A DNA stretch of 64,000 nucleotides from the human T2T-CHM13v2.0 reference genome, Homo sapiens: assembly GCF_009914755.1 (NCBI RefSeq), contig NC_060925.1. The stretch is one strand, 5' to 3'. Below the pieces are notes generated by a model. That model was not told the origin of the DNA, did not search any database, and saw nothing but the letters and a program-made list of their open reading frames with translations. Every line of letters begins with the position of its first letter. Position 1 is the stretch's first letter. The translations under genes were made by a program, and so were the position numbers. Positions 1 through 14,133 of the stretch are shown in pieces.

Positions 1-1089
1 TTGAGAAAAATTGGAATAATGGTAAAGGTGCCTTGTTCCACAAAATACATACCTGATTAAGGACCTTTTTTTGCCAGATACTGAGCTAAGTGTCATGAGG
101 GATGCAAATTAATTACAGTTTTTACCTTCAAGAACTTTAGGATGTAGATGATAGTCTACAAGTGATAAAATGAAGAGCATAGGATTTGAAGTCAGAGAGC
201 CTGGGTTCAGGCACCAAAGTTTCTAGCCTCAGTTGCTTCCTTTGTATAATGAAGTTATTGAGCCTTACCTTCCTATCTCTTAGATTACCATGAAAATTAG
301 ACAGGTAGCCTATATGAAAGTACTTAATAAAATTCAGTGAAATTCTATATAACTGTGTGACTTTTAAAGATAGCTTTTATTATTTTATGGCATATTATAA
401 CTTGTCAATTTTTCATGAACTGAGCAGGAAATTGAATAACTAGAAATCAAAGGCATTTAAAATATAGCCAAGCCTTTATGTTTTCTCGGAAGTTCATAAG
501 TATTATAGCCATAGGACATTGAGAGGAATTGAGAGCATTTGGGTTTCACCCTTCCTCTTCTTTTGGAGGTATAGACAAGTAGCAAAATAATCATCACGCC
601 AGTGATCATGTGAAGGAGGGGAACACAACTAGAATGTGAGGGGCCAGGATAGCTAAGAAATAGTAATACAGAAAATGGAAACTCAGAAAGCTTTCTGAAA
701 ATAAGCCACTAAATAAAAACAGAAGGCTTTGTAACTGCTGTTGTGTCTTCAGAGGTTAGGATATATCGGCAGTTTTTATAGCTCTTTTTCCCCTCTACTA
801 AATTAAAAACAAATAAAAAGCCTTAAGCTGGAGATTTCAAGCTGATTAGGAAATCAGGCTACAGGAAACAATACTGACTGACCTATGGAACAGTCTTGCA
901 TTTAGCACAGTTTAACCTACTGGTAGCTGAGATCCTTGGTCATGGAGTTACGGAAGCATTCTGATTTGTGGGATGCTTATAGATTTAGCTCCCTTAAAAT
1001 AATGAGGAAGTCTGTATTTTACTTTTCATAAAAGACAGTACTATATTCACTCTTAGTTACTGACTTTTTTTCCCCCTTCTTTCCCATAG

Positions 1090-1167
1090 TACTACCTGCA
1101 TATGGATGGCAGAGGCAACTATGAATTCAAACAGATAACAGAAGATACAGTTGAGTTTGGCTCTTAG
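1090..1167 (+). CDS. ABCD3: Last coding exon of ABCD3 (PMP70, peroxisomal ABC transporter)
   Basis: Polypyrimidine tract and ttcccatAG acceptor ending at 1089. Reads YYLHMDGRGNYEFKQITEDTVEFGS*, the PMP70 C-terminus. Upstream exons lie outside the window. Confidence 0.95.
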   Translation, partial: YYLHMDGRGNYEFKQITEDTVEFGS

Positions 1168-2705
1168 AGAAATCTGGAGAACTATACCTGCTTCAGTGAA
1201 ATAATTACAGAATATACTTAGAAAGGCAAAGTACATTGTAAAATAAAGTTGAGCTTAGTTTTTTTTAAAAAAAAAAACAAAGCAACAAATTAACTAGATA
1301 CAGAATAATGGAGAACAAGTTGTTAAAACATTTAATATTATATAGGATATTGCTAATTGTGTATATGTTGGTTTAATTAATAATATGTACTAAGAATGTC
1401 CTTATTCTTGTGGTTAAAAACCTGCCTAAATTAAATTGGGCTTCAATCACTGTAACCTGATTCATCCTGGGATGTAAACCATTCGAAGTCAGCTAATTGG
1501 ACTTTTATGGCTCTATCTTTTCCTTCAGTGAAGAACCCTATTTAAAACTGGGTCATCATTTGTCCTGTTCTAGCAAGATAGTCTTCAGTTTCATTTTCCT
1601 GTGCCCTGTGGTAGTTGGAAACAAATCATAATGTATTATTTAAATGTTTAACATCATTGCATAACAGCGTTTATTATACAGTGGCAGATTTCTTTAGCTG
1701 CCACAGTAATACTCATTCCTTGTGTGTGTCTTGGAGTGCATTTGACTCCAGGAAAAGCCATTTTGGTTTTCCTTAACTAAATGATAAATGTACCCCTCTC
1801 AGTCTGCAGTATTGAGTTGTTTAAAGTATATGTGCAGTCTTGCTTACAAGGAGGGGTTACCATGTATCACACCTAATCTTCCCAATGTTTGGGATATTAA
1901 AACACAAAGTCCTTAACATGCCAGGCTCAAGGTCTTATAAGAGTTCTAGATTTTTAAGAGAATTAGACAAATTTGTGTGTGTTAGAAGCCCATTCATTAG
2001 AAGTGTGGTGGTTATTTGGTATTAAACTCCAAATGAGCCATAGGAAGGCACTACATGAAATAATGCACTGAGTATGCAATGCTATCACTGTCTTTGACTG
2101 TGATTTTATGTTTAAAAAGTATGTTCTAAAATTATTATATATACATGGGTGAATTATGTTTCCGAGGCACTGTTTTATCTCTGTGAATCTTGAATAACTT
2201 TTTTATATTTGGGTTATGATGTCAAACGATCCTAAGCGAAGATGATTTCAGTTCATCAAATCATCATTAATGACTTTATGTATTATTTGCACAGGGAGAA
2301 TTGAAACTGAGTATAATCAATAAGCTAGATACGAAATCAGTTTCTCAAACTGAGCTTCAGAAAGGGGCATTTTGTACTCTTGTTTTTGCATAACTGGTTT
2401 TGTTTTTTTGCAGAATTAACTATAACAATCACTGGCTACCGAAGTAAACTGATGTACTGAATTCCATAATACATAACATTCAATTTTTACCACTTCTGTT
2501 TAGCGAACTTGTATACTTATTTTCTGTTCAGATTAAAAAAAAAAAAAAAAACTCAGATATCCTATACAACCTTTGCTTGTTCTTTTTATTCTGGTATCTA
2601 AATACTGAGAAGTTCATTTATAATTCAGCCTTGACTTGAAAACATAGATAGTTTAATCTTGACTTGAAAAACACAAAAATAAATTCAGAAAATGCTTTTA
2701 GCACA
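1168..2705 (+). other. ABCD3: ABCD3 3'UTR (end approximate)
   Basis: AT-rich, repeat-free sequence after the stop. AATAAA at 1242-1247 and 2678-2683, with a GT/T-rich stretch after ~2700. Confidence 0.75.
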
Positions 2706-3869
2706 GTGTCTCTTTTTTAAAGTTTTGCCAAGTGTGGTTTTTAATTGAATGAATTTCTCTTTTAGAAAAGTTCAGTAAAATCTGTGTACCTGACAAATGC
2801 TACCAAACAGCCAGGAGACCTTAAAAGATACTATTCGTCTTGGAAAAGATTTTAAGGCATGGGAAAGTTTCAGATTTTCAGATTTCTGGGTTACCTTAAA
2901 CCTACTCGTAGAAGTATTCTCCTAGCTGCCTTATAATTGCTTTTGTTATGATTCTTGCCATCAAAACAACAACAACAACAATTTGGGCTTTTTTTCTTAA
3001 TTATTTTCTTTTTTATGTAACAAATATTACAGTGCCTCACCATTTGAGGCACAGAGGAAGATCCTTCTGGAGAATCACATTAACATAATAGTGGTTCTTC
3101 GAAGACCCACAGTAAAGAAATCCATTGGTTCAAAAACATGATTGACCACGGAACATCTTTTTCTACATAATTCCTATTAACACCTTCCAGAAACTGCAGT
3201 GGGAAATGGTAGTTTAATCCGAAGAATAAACCAAAGAATAAGAACTTTCATCCATGAGCACCACGCTGCATGCCAAGACATATCACCGTGTTCTCATAAT
3301 AAGTTTTTACTTTTTATATAATGAGAAAATAAGTATGAAACAGCAATGGTAGTTTGTTTTGCATTAATAGAATAAAATATATCTAGCATTTGTCTCTTTC
3401 TCCCCTTTCTGAATGATTAACATTTGGCTTAAAACCGGTGATATGATAGCATCTGGCATTACTTTATGTAAAGTTTTAACTTTTAAATTTGGTGTTTAAA
3501 ATCATAATTTGTGCTGAGAAGCAGAATGAATTTTCTTCTAACAGATGGACTTTGACATTGTTAGCTGCAGGAAGCTGTCTCTTTTTTTTTAAACCTACAT
3601 TAGTGATTTTTCCTTTGTGAAGAATTGGAATGTTCTGACCATTTCCATATACATAACATATGCATGTCACTTTAAGAAAGTGCCAAAAAAACTGAAAAGC
3701 AATCCCCTCCAAACCTTAGGAGCAACGATTTTAAACTCTTCTAGTTGGTGTAATTGCATTTCATTTTTTTAAACAATATGCCTTTATAGCCATTTCTTGA
3801 TTTATCAATTTTAGACATTCCCTACCACCTTTGTTTCTGCCACATCCCCTCATGTAGTTAAATCATTTT

Positions 3870-4990
3870 TTAAATTTGTAAACATTTTATTGTAGTATAT
3901 GTACAAAAACATTGATAAATTTATAAGAAAGCATACACACTGGTAACCACACCCAAACACCAAATGAAATAGAACATTGTTACAGCACTAAAGGCTCCTT
4001 CTTGTTCTCTTCCAATTATTAGCTCCTGACTTCTATCACATAAATTGGTTTTGCCTGTTTCTGGACTTTATATATATTAGATACCCTTCTGTGTATGGCT
4101 TCTTTCCCTCAGTATTGTGAGGCTGATTGATCCATGGTAAGTGTGACCATAATTCCTTCACTTTCATTGCTGTATAATGGTTAATTGCAGACCATCCCTG
4201 ACTTAACAGAGGGTTCACCTTACAAGTTTTCAGCTTTATGATGGGTTTACCTGGATGTTAAATGCATTTTTTGACTTAACGTATTTTTGACTTACTGTGA
4301 GTTTATTGCGATGCAGCTCCATTGTAAGACCAGCAGCATCTCTATATTGAATAGGCTATGTATTCCTCTTCCCATTGATGGGCATTGGGTTGTTTTCTGT
4401 TTGGAGCTGTTAGGAACACTTCATAGAAACACTCTTATGCATGTCTTTGGGTGCACATGTGTGTGCATTTCTGGAGTGGAATGTGTTCAGCTTTGGCACT
4501 GCCAAAGTTGTTCAGTTTTTACACTGCCACCATAAGTGTGTAAGAATTCTGGTCTTCTTAGTCCTTGCAAAGATTTGGTATTCCCAGTGTTCTTTTTTTA
4601 ATTTTTATTTTTACTTAATGTATCTTCAGCCATCATTGTGGTTTCATTTTGCATTTCCCTGATGACTAATGAGGTTGAACTCATTTAATGTTTATTGGCT
4701 ATCTAGATGTCCTCTTTTTTGAGGTGCCTATTTAGTCTCTGGGCCCTCTTTTAAATAATGTTCTATTCCAGATATTCTATATTCTGGATATGAATCTTTT
4801 ATTAGATAACTATTCTAATATCAGACAAATTAGACTTTAAGACAGTGAGCATTTCTGGAAATAAAGAGGGACATTTCGTAATGATAAAGGTCAGTCAAGC
4901 AGTGTAACATTTCTTGATTTGTATGTACCTAATAGCATAGGCTCAAACATAGAAACTGACAATAATAAGGGAAAATAGACAACCCCAATT
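3870..4990 (-). mobile_element. Ancient L1M(E)-type LINE fragments, interrupted by a Tigger-type element
   Basis: Degenerate L1 3'-end motifs (gcatttccctgatgactaatgaggttgaac). An endonuclease-region-like piece in the opposite sense sits at ~4815-4990. Confidence 0.6.
4188..4343. mobile_element. Tigger4/MER46-MER47-like non-autonomous DNA transposon remnant
   Basis: cagaccatccctgacttaac ... ttgtaagaccagcagcatct resemble Tigger terminal inverted repeats. Confidence 0.55.
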
Positions 4991-6154
4991 TTTAGAGTGT
5001 TACTTATAGACCATTCCTGACTTAACAGAGGGTTCAGCTTACAAGTTTAATTCCATGATGTTTAATTTCTTTGGAATTTCTGTTAACTCAGGTAAAGCTC
5101 CTTTTGCTAGTTCTTAGAGTGGAATAGCAAGCTCTGGGATCTGGATTCGAAAATGCTTTTCAAAAGTAGCAGTTATTCTAAATAAAAATAGTTATAGGCA
5201 ATACTTTGAAAGCTGTCTCTCTTTTTAAAAAAGATAATTGGTGCAACTCTAATTAGCCAGTCAATTTACCAAGTGACTGGAATGCTTGAGGCAATACAAA
5301 ACTCCAAATTTTGTCAAACACACATTTATTTTTGGCATTATCTATGACCAAGATAATGTTTTAATGATGGTGGCATGCCCTCTTCCTGGAACACTTTGTA
5401 ACTTCCCCCCACCTTGCCTGGTTAACTCTATGTCCTTCAGCTGAGATTGTAGGTAACCCTTCCAGGTCCAAGTTAGGTGGCTCCATGTAAGTTCCCCAAA
5501 ACACCCTACTTTCCTTATCATAACATTTATGTTCTATTGTAATTGACATTTCACTCTGCAAATACATAAGCTCCACAAAAGTTGGGATTATATGTTTCAT
5601 ATTTTAATCAAATCTATAATGTCAGGCATGTAGTAGGTGCTTAGTATTAGATTAAGTTACTGAACAAACGAGTGAATTCAAATGCATAAGTATGGTTCTT
5701 GCCAAGGAAATGACAATCCAGAAAAGGGGCTACAATGGGTGGACAACCGTTTTGTACAGTAGTAAGAGTTAGAGTGTAGTAAGGAAGTGGAAAGAATGCA
5801 GTGGGAATCCAGGAGAGGAAACCTCCTCGGTGAGATCCAGGAAACATTACAGTCTTGCTGAGTTGGTAGAAGCAAGGAGCATGATCAATGTAAGCAAGGC
5901 AAGAAAGCTTTTGGTCTTTAGGAAGCTGTGGATTAAGACAGAGGTCCTCAAATTATTGTCTGGAAAATGTATAGTATTTTTAGTATGATCACTACTCTGC
6001 CTTTTCTTATGGCTTGGATTCAGAACTTGCTGATATTTAAGTTTTAATACATGGCATCTTATCAAGACTGTGCAGTTCTATCCATTGGTGGGGTGCCTGT
6101 CTCCCTTTTCCATCCCACCTCCCCTACCCTGTTTGTGAAGGAAGGCATAGAGAG

Positions 6155-6303
6155 CAGTTTCTCAGACTTCAGTGTGCATACAAACTACCTGGAAAATGCA
6201 GATTATCATTCATTAGGTCTGGGATTGGGCCCAAGAATCTCGATTTTTAACTAGCTTTCAAGTGATGCTAAAGCTGTTGTCCCAGACCACAGTTGAAGTA
6301 GCA
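6155..6303. mobile_element. MER5A (hAT-Charlie)
   Basis: cagtttctcagacttcagtgtgcat ... ggtctgggattgggcccaagaatc ... gaccacagttgaagtagca. Confidence 0.7.
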
Positions 6304-7258
6304 GGATCTGGGGTGGGAGCTCTGGCTATAGACTAGAGAGGCCATCACAGGTACAGTTGCAGAAATCTGCAGAATATTCTCTGGGTTCATTTATTCAGGC
6401 TTCCCTTTCATGTTCCTTCATGCTTAATCACCTACAGGTATTCTGGATTTTATTTACAATTCCTTTAGTTCTTTTATAATCCAGTCTGTGAACATTTCAG
6501 TCAAGTTATCTGTCCTTCTCAGGAACTCAAGATGGCGCCACAATCTTAGTTGTAAAGGACGCTTCCCGTCCCAAATGATGTTAATATATGCAAGGGAAAA
6601 AGCATTTCCTGCCCCTCTGAGTTTCTGTTACATCTCTTATTCTCCGGCCTGAAATATGCTTGGAGAAGACAAATTGCTTTGCAAATGGAGCATAGTTGTT
6701 TGGTTGGTTTTTGAGAATCAGGCTGGGTAAAGATTGTCATGTCAAAAAATTTTTTCTTACAACTCCTTTAGATCCCTATTTTTAAGGTTTATTAAATTGT
6801 ATATATTCAAGATGAATTTCAGCTTCTCGGTTTCAAAATTCCTGAATTTTTAATTTTCATTTCACCCAGAAATACAGTGATTTTAAAGTATTAATTATTG
6901 ATGCTTTAATAATGTATAATCATAGGATTTAAGTGAAAAGGGGCTAAAGATCTTAGACCAATGAGCGCACCTGAAAAAAATTTTCCCATTTTTGCTTAAG
7001 CTGTCTTGAGTTTCTGTTCCTTGCAACCAGAAAAATCCTAACAGACTCATATATAACAAACTTTACAGGGAGTGTGCAGTCTACAGATGGAGACTTGTCT
7101 ATGCTCTATGTATTCTTAATTTGTTTTGGCTTCAGAGCAGGTTGCATTCTGATTTCTCCAAGGCCTGGGAAGCGCCATTTGGGTCTGTGACTACTTCCAG
7201 ACTCTCTGCAGTAAATAGTAAACACGTATTGCTGATCGCGGTCATTAATAGATCAAGC

Positions 7259-7425
7259 CAGTGGTTCTCAAACTTTAGTGGGCATTAGAATCACTTGAAG
7301 GGCTTCTTGTTAAAACATAGATTGCTAATTTGGTAAGTCTGCAGTCAAGGTCAAGAATTTGCATTGCTACCACGTTCTCAGGTGACACAAATGCTGCTGG
7401 TCTTGGGACTACACTTTGGGAACCG
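7259..7425. mobile_element. MER5A (hAT-Charlie)
   Basis: cagtggttctcaaactttagtgggcattagaatcac ... ggactacactttgggaacc. Confidence 0.75.
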
Positions 7426-7845
7426 TCAGATTAAACTAACAGTGGAATAAAGCAATGGTTTGGATGCATTCAAGAAAATGAACAAAATTTCTTCAGAGAA
7501 TCAGATATGCACACAAGATTTAATCTTTGCCACCATGCAGATAGCTTTTCTTTAAAAGGAAATAGTCTGGCTTAAAAAAAGAATATTAAAAATAAATATG
7601 GACAATTGGGCCCCCAGGCATGGAGGAAAGTGTAGCAGGATGAGGGAGATGTCAGAAAGGCACAGGGGTCTGCTACAGAATGGCAGACGAGCATGTATCT
7701 GGATTTAGGAGAAAAAAGGCTCCTCCACCTTCGCACCAAATGCCTTCACAACAGCTGATGAGTAAAATTCTACCTTTACTCTCATTTTTTTTTTCATTTT
7801 AAGAGTATGACTCTTGATAAAATATTATGAATCATTGACACTTTA

Positions 7846-8241
<396 letters not shown>

Positions 8242-9419
8242 TTACCCAGGTCTGTCTTTTGGTCCTTGGCCCTTTTCCCCATTTAGTTAGCTCAGTAGTT
8301 CTGTGATCACTGTCTCTGGAAGGGATATGGCAGCTGAAAGCAGAGAAAAGTGGATTCTCCTGTGGTTCAGGACAGTGTGAACAGCAGGACTAGTGCATAG
8401 ACCACAGATTTAAAAGAGAACATGGCAACAAGTAGGACAGAGGCTTCCCCACCCCAGCCTGCCACTCTCAGACTTGAAAAGGACTTTCCAAGCTGGAGGG
8501 AGAGGTTAGAGGGGAAGTGGAGGGATCTAGAGGGCAGTTACAGTGGTGGCGGGATGTGCACTTGAACACAACTCCAGTGGAAAGGTAGGTAACCCAGAGG
8601 GAGTCACCAAATTGCTTTGGATGGTTTCTATCATCTGGTGGAAAGGAAGCCTAAATAAAAAAACCACGTGTTAGAGAAATGAAAAATACTACTATTGTGT
8701 CCGTGGACTCTGTTCTTCTATTTGTACCACTATGGGGCCTCGTGTATGGGAAGTCATGAAGTCTCGTGGCTCTGGAGTAGGAAGTTGCACTAAACGGTGA
8801 AAGGCTGGACAGGAGGCTCCTGGTGCATGCACTGGCCTGCACTGAGCAGCCTTTTGGTCCTCATCCATTGGGTGCTCTTCTCTGGAAGCCGGTGGGTCTG
8901 TAGAAGGAAGGATCATTCCTTCCTTCACATCCACCTCATCTTTGAAGACTTTGTGGATCCCCACAGAAGAATATGGTCATTTCCTCCTTGGACTTTGAGA
9001 GAGAGAGAGCTGGTGAAGGAGAGCTGGTGGAAGATTGCTCTAGATCCAGTGTGGGGCCTGGGGTCCCTAATGGTCAGCAGAATGAGAATTGAGTTAGAAA
9101 TAGAGTCACAGAGTCAGGGAGAGCCAGGGCAAGCTAGAATCTGGGAGCATCCCTGCATTTGTCTCTCGCCACCTCTAACCATGATGACCAAATGGCTGCC
9201 ACTTCACTTCTCCTGTCCAAATCTTGTGAAAATATCTCTTTCAGTTAACTATAATCTAGAACCATACAGGGACCATAACTCTGGGAAACATAGTTCCGGA
9301 TTAGCCAAATTGACACATTATAAAATTGCTCATAGAACCCTATGAGCATAGAGTTGACAACAATACCCATCAAAACATAATTTATTACTTGTAAAAGGGT
9401 TACTTAGGTGTTGCGAGGA

Positions 9420-9950
9420 AAATAGACTGTAGGGGAGTAACTGTGGGAACAGGAGGCTAGCCAGGAGGCTATTGCAGTCTTCCAGTGAGACAGGAGAATG
9501 GCTTGAAGTAGAGGGAGAGCAGAGGAGGTGACCTTTGGAATTGGGGTGTATTTTAAAGGTAGAGATAGCAGGCTTTGCTGATGGATTGAATGTGGCATGG
9601 GAGAAGAAAGATAAGTCAATGATAACACCAAGAAGTTTTGGCCTGAGCCAATGGTGGCTGTTTCTTAAAATGGGAAAGACTAGGGGAAAAACAGGTTTTG
9701 GGTTTGGGAGAAATTAAAGATTCTCTTTGCATGTGTTGAGATTAAGATGCCTGTTAGCTATCCAAGGAGAGAGTTTGTGTAAGTATTTGGATCAACAGTG
9801 CAGCTCTGGAGTTCAGAAAAGAGGTTGGAGGCTGTGACACGTATTTGGGAGTCATCAGCATCTAGATATTATGGGCATCTGGCATGATAGAGCCATGGAC
9901 TTGAATATATTACCTAGAGAGTGATTATTGATAGAGAATGGGAGAACTAA
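9420..9950 (-). mobile_element. L2 LINE fragment
   Basis: gatggattgaatgtgg, ttttggcctgagc and tttgggagtcatcagcat are typical antisense L2 motifs. Confidence 0.75.
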
Positions 9951-10314
9951 TGAGAACTAATTATCTTAGTTCAAGCACTAAGTTAATCCAATATTTAGAA
10001 GTTGGAAAGAAGATGGTGTCCAAGAGGGAATAGGAAGTTAAGGAGAAAATCCAGATGAGGGATTCCAGGGATCAAAGGAAACTTGTTTTTTATAAGGTAG
10101 AAAATAATACAGGATGTTTATCTTCTGCTAGGAATGATCAAATAATACGGGAGAGATTTATACGGCTGGAATGAGGGGATAATTTTAGGGGGCAGTGTCA
10201 TTAAGTAATTGAAAAGGCATGAAAATGAAATGTTATTTTACACTATAAGTTCACATTCTAGGGACCTTCTCTTTGTGTTTATATTTGATGGTCAGCGCTT
10301 ATACAACATGATAG

Positions 10315-10840
10315 GGTGCTTTTGACTGCAAGGAACAGAAAACCTGACTCAGCTCGCTTAAACAATTAGTCAGATAATGTCCAGTGAAAAGTCCATGGGT
10401 TGGGACTTTGAGCAAGGCTTGATCTAGCAGCTTGGTGCTGTCACCAAAGACTTCACTTCTTTTTTCTTTTTTTTTAAGCAGTCATCTATAACATGTCTCA
10501 AAGAGTGGTTACAAACACATGTGAAACAAATGTGAAATTCAAAGGTCTTGCCAAAGGAATGAAAAGCAAAGACTTCACTTTTTACAATTGCTCTGCACTG
10601 CTCTCCAATATGTCAGCTCCATGTAAAGCTGGCTCCCTTTGTGGTCTCAAGACTGCTGCCAGCAGCTCTTGTGGCTACGTCTCTTCACTATGTTCATCAA
10701 GAAAGAGCATCCTGCCATTCCCAGAAAAAAGCCTTGATATACACTCCTCTTAGTCTTGGTTAGGTCACATGCCTACCTCTAAACCAATTTTTGCAGCCAT
10801 GAAGAAGGAATGTGCTGACTGGCAAAGCTGGAATCACCTA
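10315..10840. mobile_element. MLT1J/K-like MaLR LTR, interrupted by a small retro-insertion
   Basis: tgactgcaaggaacagaaaacctgactc ... ggtcacatgcctacctctaaaccaat. Confidence 0.6.
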
Positions 10841-11197
10841 GATCACAGTCGAAAAGCAAGGGCTATGGGAAAGGAGAGCATAAGCATTCATTCTAAGTAT
10901 CTGAACGAAAGTCGGAGGATGTCATAACAGTAATAAACCTTCCAAGCAACTATTGGAGGAAAATCACACAATTAAGTACACATGTCCTAGAACAGGTAAA
11001 AAGAGCATTTGGGAACGAGTTTATTCACCATTTGATGAATAGAGATAATTGTTTAAGGGGCAGTTCCTTAGATTATAAGCCATCAGCTGAAATTAAGCTA
11101 AAATGTCTTTGGATTTCATGAGTATTAGTTTCTTATATGTAAGCCAAATTCAGTTAATAATTTAAGATTGGAAAAATATCTTTAGAACGCATGAAAG

Positions 11198-11499
<302 letters not shown>

Positions 11500-13376
11500 T
11501 TAACTAACAATTAGCTCTATGGGGTACATTACTGGTCAAGTAATGAAGTATAATTTGGTCCACTGGAGGGCAACAGTTTCTGGATTGCAGCCAACAGTCT
11601 TTGGTATGGTTTCTGCCCCAGTGTCAATCACAGTGCTGATTTTTAGTATCGGCTGTTAGGTCTCAGCAATTCAGAGGGATGTGGCAAAGTAGGGAGTGGT
11701 TAACATTTGCTGTGTGGAAGCTTTCTGATTATTGCAGTTCAGCCTCATTCCAGTCCATAATGAATCCCTTCCTTGTGATCAGCCAGATTCCTCATTAGTA
11801 CCCAGACCTGTTTTCTATCTGCCAGTATTTTCCTTAGTGGAATAATTCAAATTCCTTAGATAATGAGGCCAAGAAATTACATAATGCTATAATTAATCCT
11901 GGCAGGGAAATATCTGGTTAGGCACCTTCTGCTGTAGCTTGTTCTGCCTCCTCATGTAATGCACTAAGCTCTTTGTCCCAGGTAGCCCCATGTGAGCAGG
12001 AATTTGAGATAAAGGTTGAAGCACCTTGAGGATGTGCCCCCATGCCAGTTTCTTTTTTGTTGACTCTGCTGCAAATACATCCCTTTTCTCTGTATAACAA
12101 AACACTACAACAGTGCAAGATTCAACCTCTCTAGCCTCTGTGTTGATGGCCAAAAAAAAGTAATAATAAACAAAACCAACCAAATAAACCAACCACTGGT
12201 CTGTTTTCCATAATTTCTCCAAAATGGCTATCATTTTTATGAGGACATCAAAGGTTTGTTTCAGGCATTCTTCCTTAGGATGTGGTGTTACATAAAACAG
12301 TTCACGTTTGGAATTTTATTGACATTGTTCAATTTCTTTGGTGCAAAGGAACAAAACGGACTTAAAATTTATTAACAGCTAGATAGTGAGCTGAGGCTGC
12401 TCATCTGAATGCTTGCTCAATTTCTTTGTGGAACCACTTCTGAGTAGGTGTGCCATCTGGATGTTTTTCCTAGATAACAGTGCCCCCTTCCACAGTGGGA
12501 AGCAAAAGCAGTCTTGTGGCCCAGTAGGTGCCAAGAACCTTTTTCATCTCTAGTTAGAATCCTCTTTTACTACAGTTGAGAGAATAAGGCTGTTTTGCAT
12601 TTGAATGGAGAACTACATTCTAGAGATAATAAAGCCAACTCAACTCAGCCATGACTGACTGAGTCCACTGTGCAGTCACCCTCAAGAGCTGTAAACCATG
12701 AGCTAGGCCCAGTCCCTGCCCTCCAAGAGCTCTCAATCTAGCTTGCTTTTAATGGACTCTAGAGATCTCATTCCACTTATATCTCTCCCTATCCTATATT
12801 GTCCTTTTACCTAATTTTGTTTCAATACAATCATCCCAAGAATGTTTCTTTTTTTCTCATCTCCAATTAGTCAAACTACTGCCAATGGGAAGAAATCTCT
12901 CCAAGTCTGCAGTAGAGAGCATTATCTTTTCTCTTCCCTGTAAGACGACATCCCTGCCCCGTCATGTGCCTTGCAGTGACTCCAGTAGACAAAGTATTGT
13001 CAGGCTTGGTCACTTGCTTGGGACAGTAGCATGTGAACAGAAGTGACAATGGGCACGTACAGAGCAGAAGTGTAGGAGATGGGCTTAAAGCTTGAAGCTG
13101 TGGTTGCCGGTTTCTACCAGTTTTTTGTTTTTCCCTCTGCCCTGATCTAATTAGGGGCTTCTCCATTGGTTTGCATCCTAGAATGAGAAAACATTGAGAA
13201 GAAGTGCAGTCAGCCTACAGTCACCAAAATGTATTATAAGCGAAAAAGATACGTTGTTGTAAGCCACTGACAATTTTACAGTCATTTACTGTAGTAGAGC
13301 TAATACAAACACCAAATTGTACATAAATAATAAATGGAAGATAGAATAAGTACAACAGTAACAATTCCCAGTCACC

Positions 13377-13382
13377 TTTATT
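13377..13382 (-). terminator. F3: F3 polyadenylation signal AATAAA
   Basis: Plus-strand tttatt, with a U/GU-rich downstream element on the minus strand (~13320-13355). Confidence 0.85.
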
Positions 13383-13824
13383 TAAAGTATATTAAATAAA
13401 TTATCTCAATATATACAAATAGAACAATATTACCTACATAAATAGAAAATCCCCATATAGAAAACCTTTTTAAAAAATTATATATACAATGTCAACCATA
13501 GAAGCTTTAAGTACCTTAAATCATAAACTCTGTAGTTTGTATAGTAGTCTTATAAAAATATAGTTAGCTCTCAAATGTTTAATGCCACTTAAGTCAGTTA
13601 AAGTGCAGATTGTAAAGCATATTAGGAAGGTGCCCAGAATACCAATGTCTCCTGCACTTAACACATTAATACAAAGTTTGCCAATTGTTTTGAATTTCCA
13701 AATGTATTCCTGAAAAAAAAAAGAACCTAAACACTATATTATAGACATATGTTAGAAAAGTCCTAGAAATGCACCCAATTTCCTTCCATTTTACTTTCCT
13801 ACATGGATTGAAGTCAGCCCCTCA

Positions 13825-14133
<309 letters not shown>

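Noticed and set aside
8797-9345. 182-aa ORF on the + strand
   Set aside because: It starts at GTG, resembles no domain I know, and ends in LTR-like sequence (gccaaattgacaca). Most likely a chance ORF in an ancient repeat.
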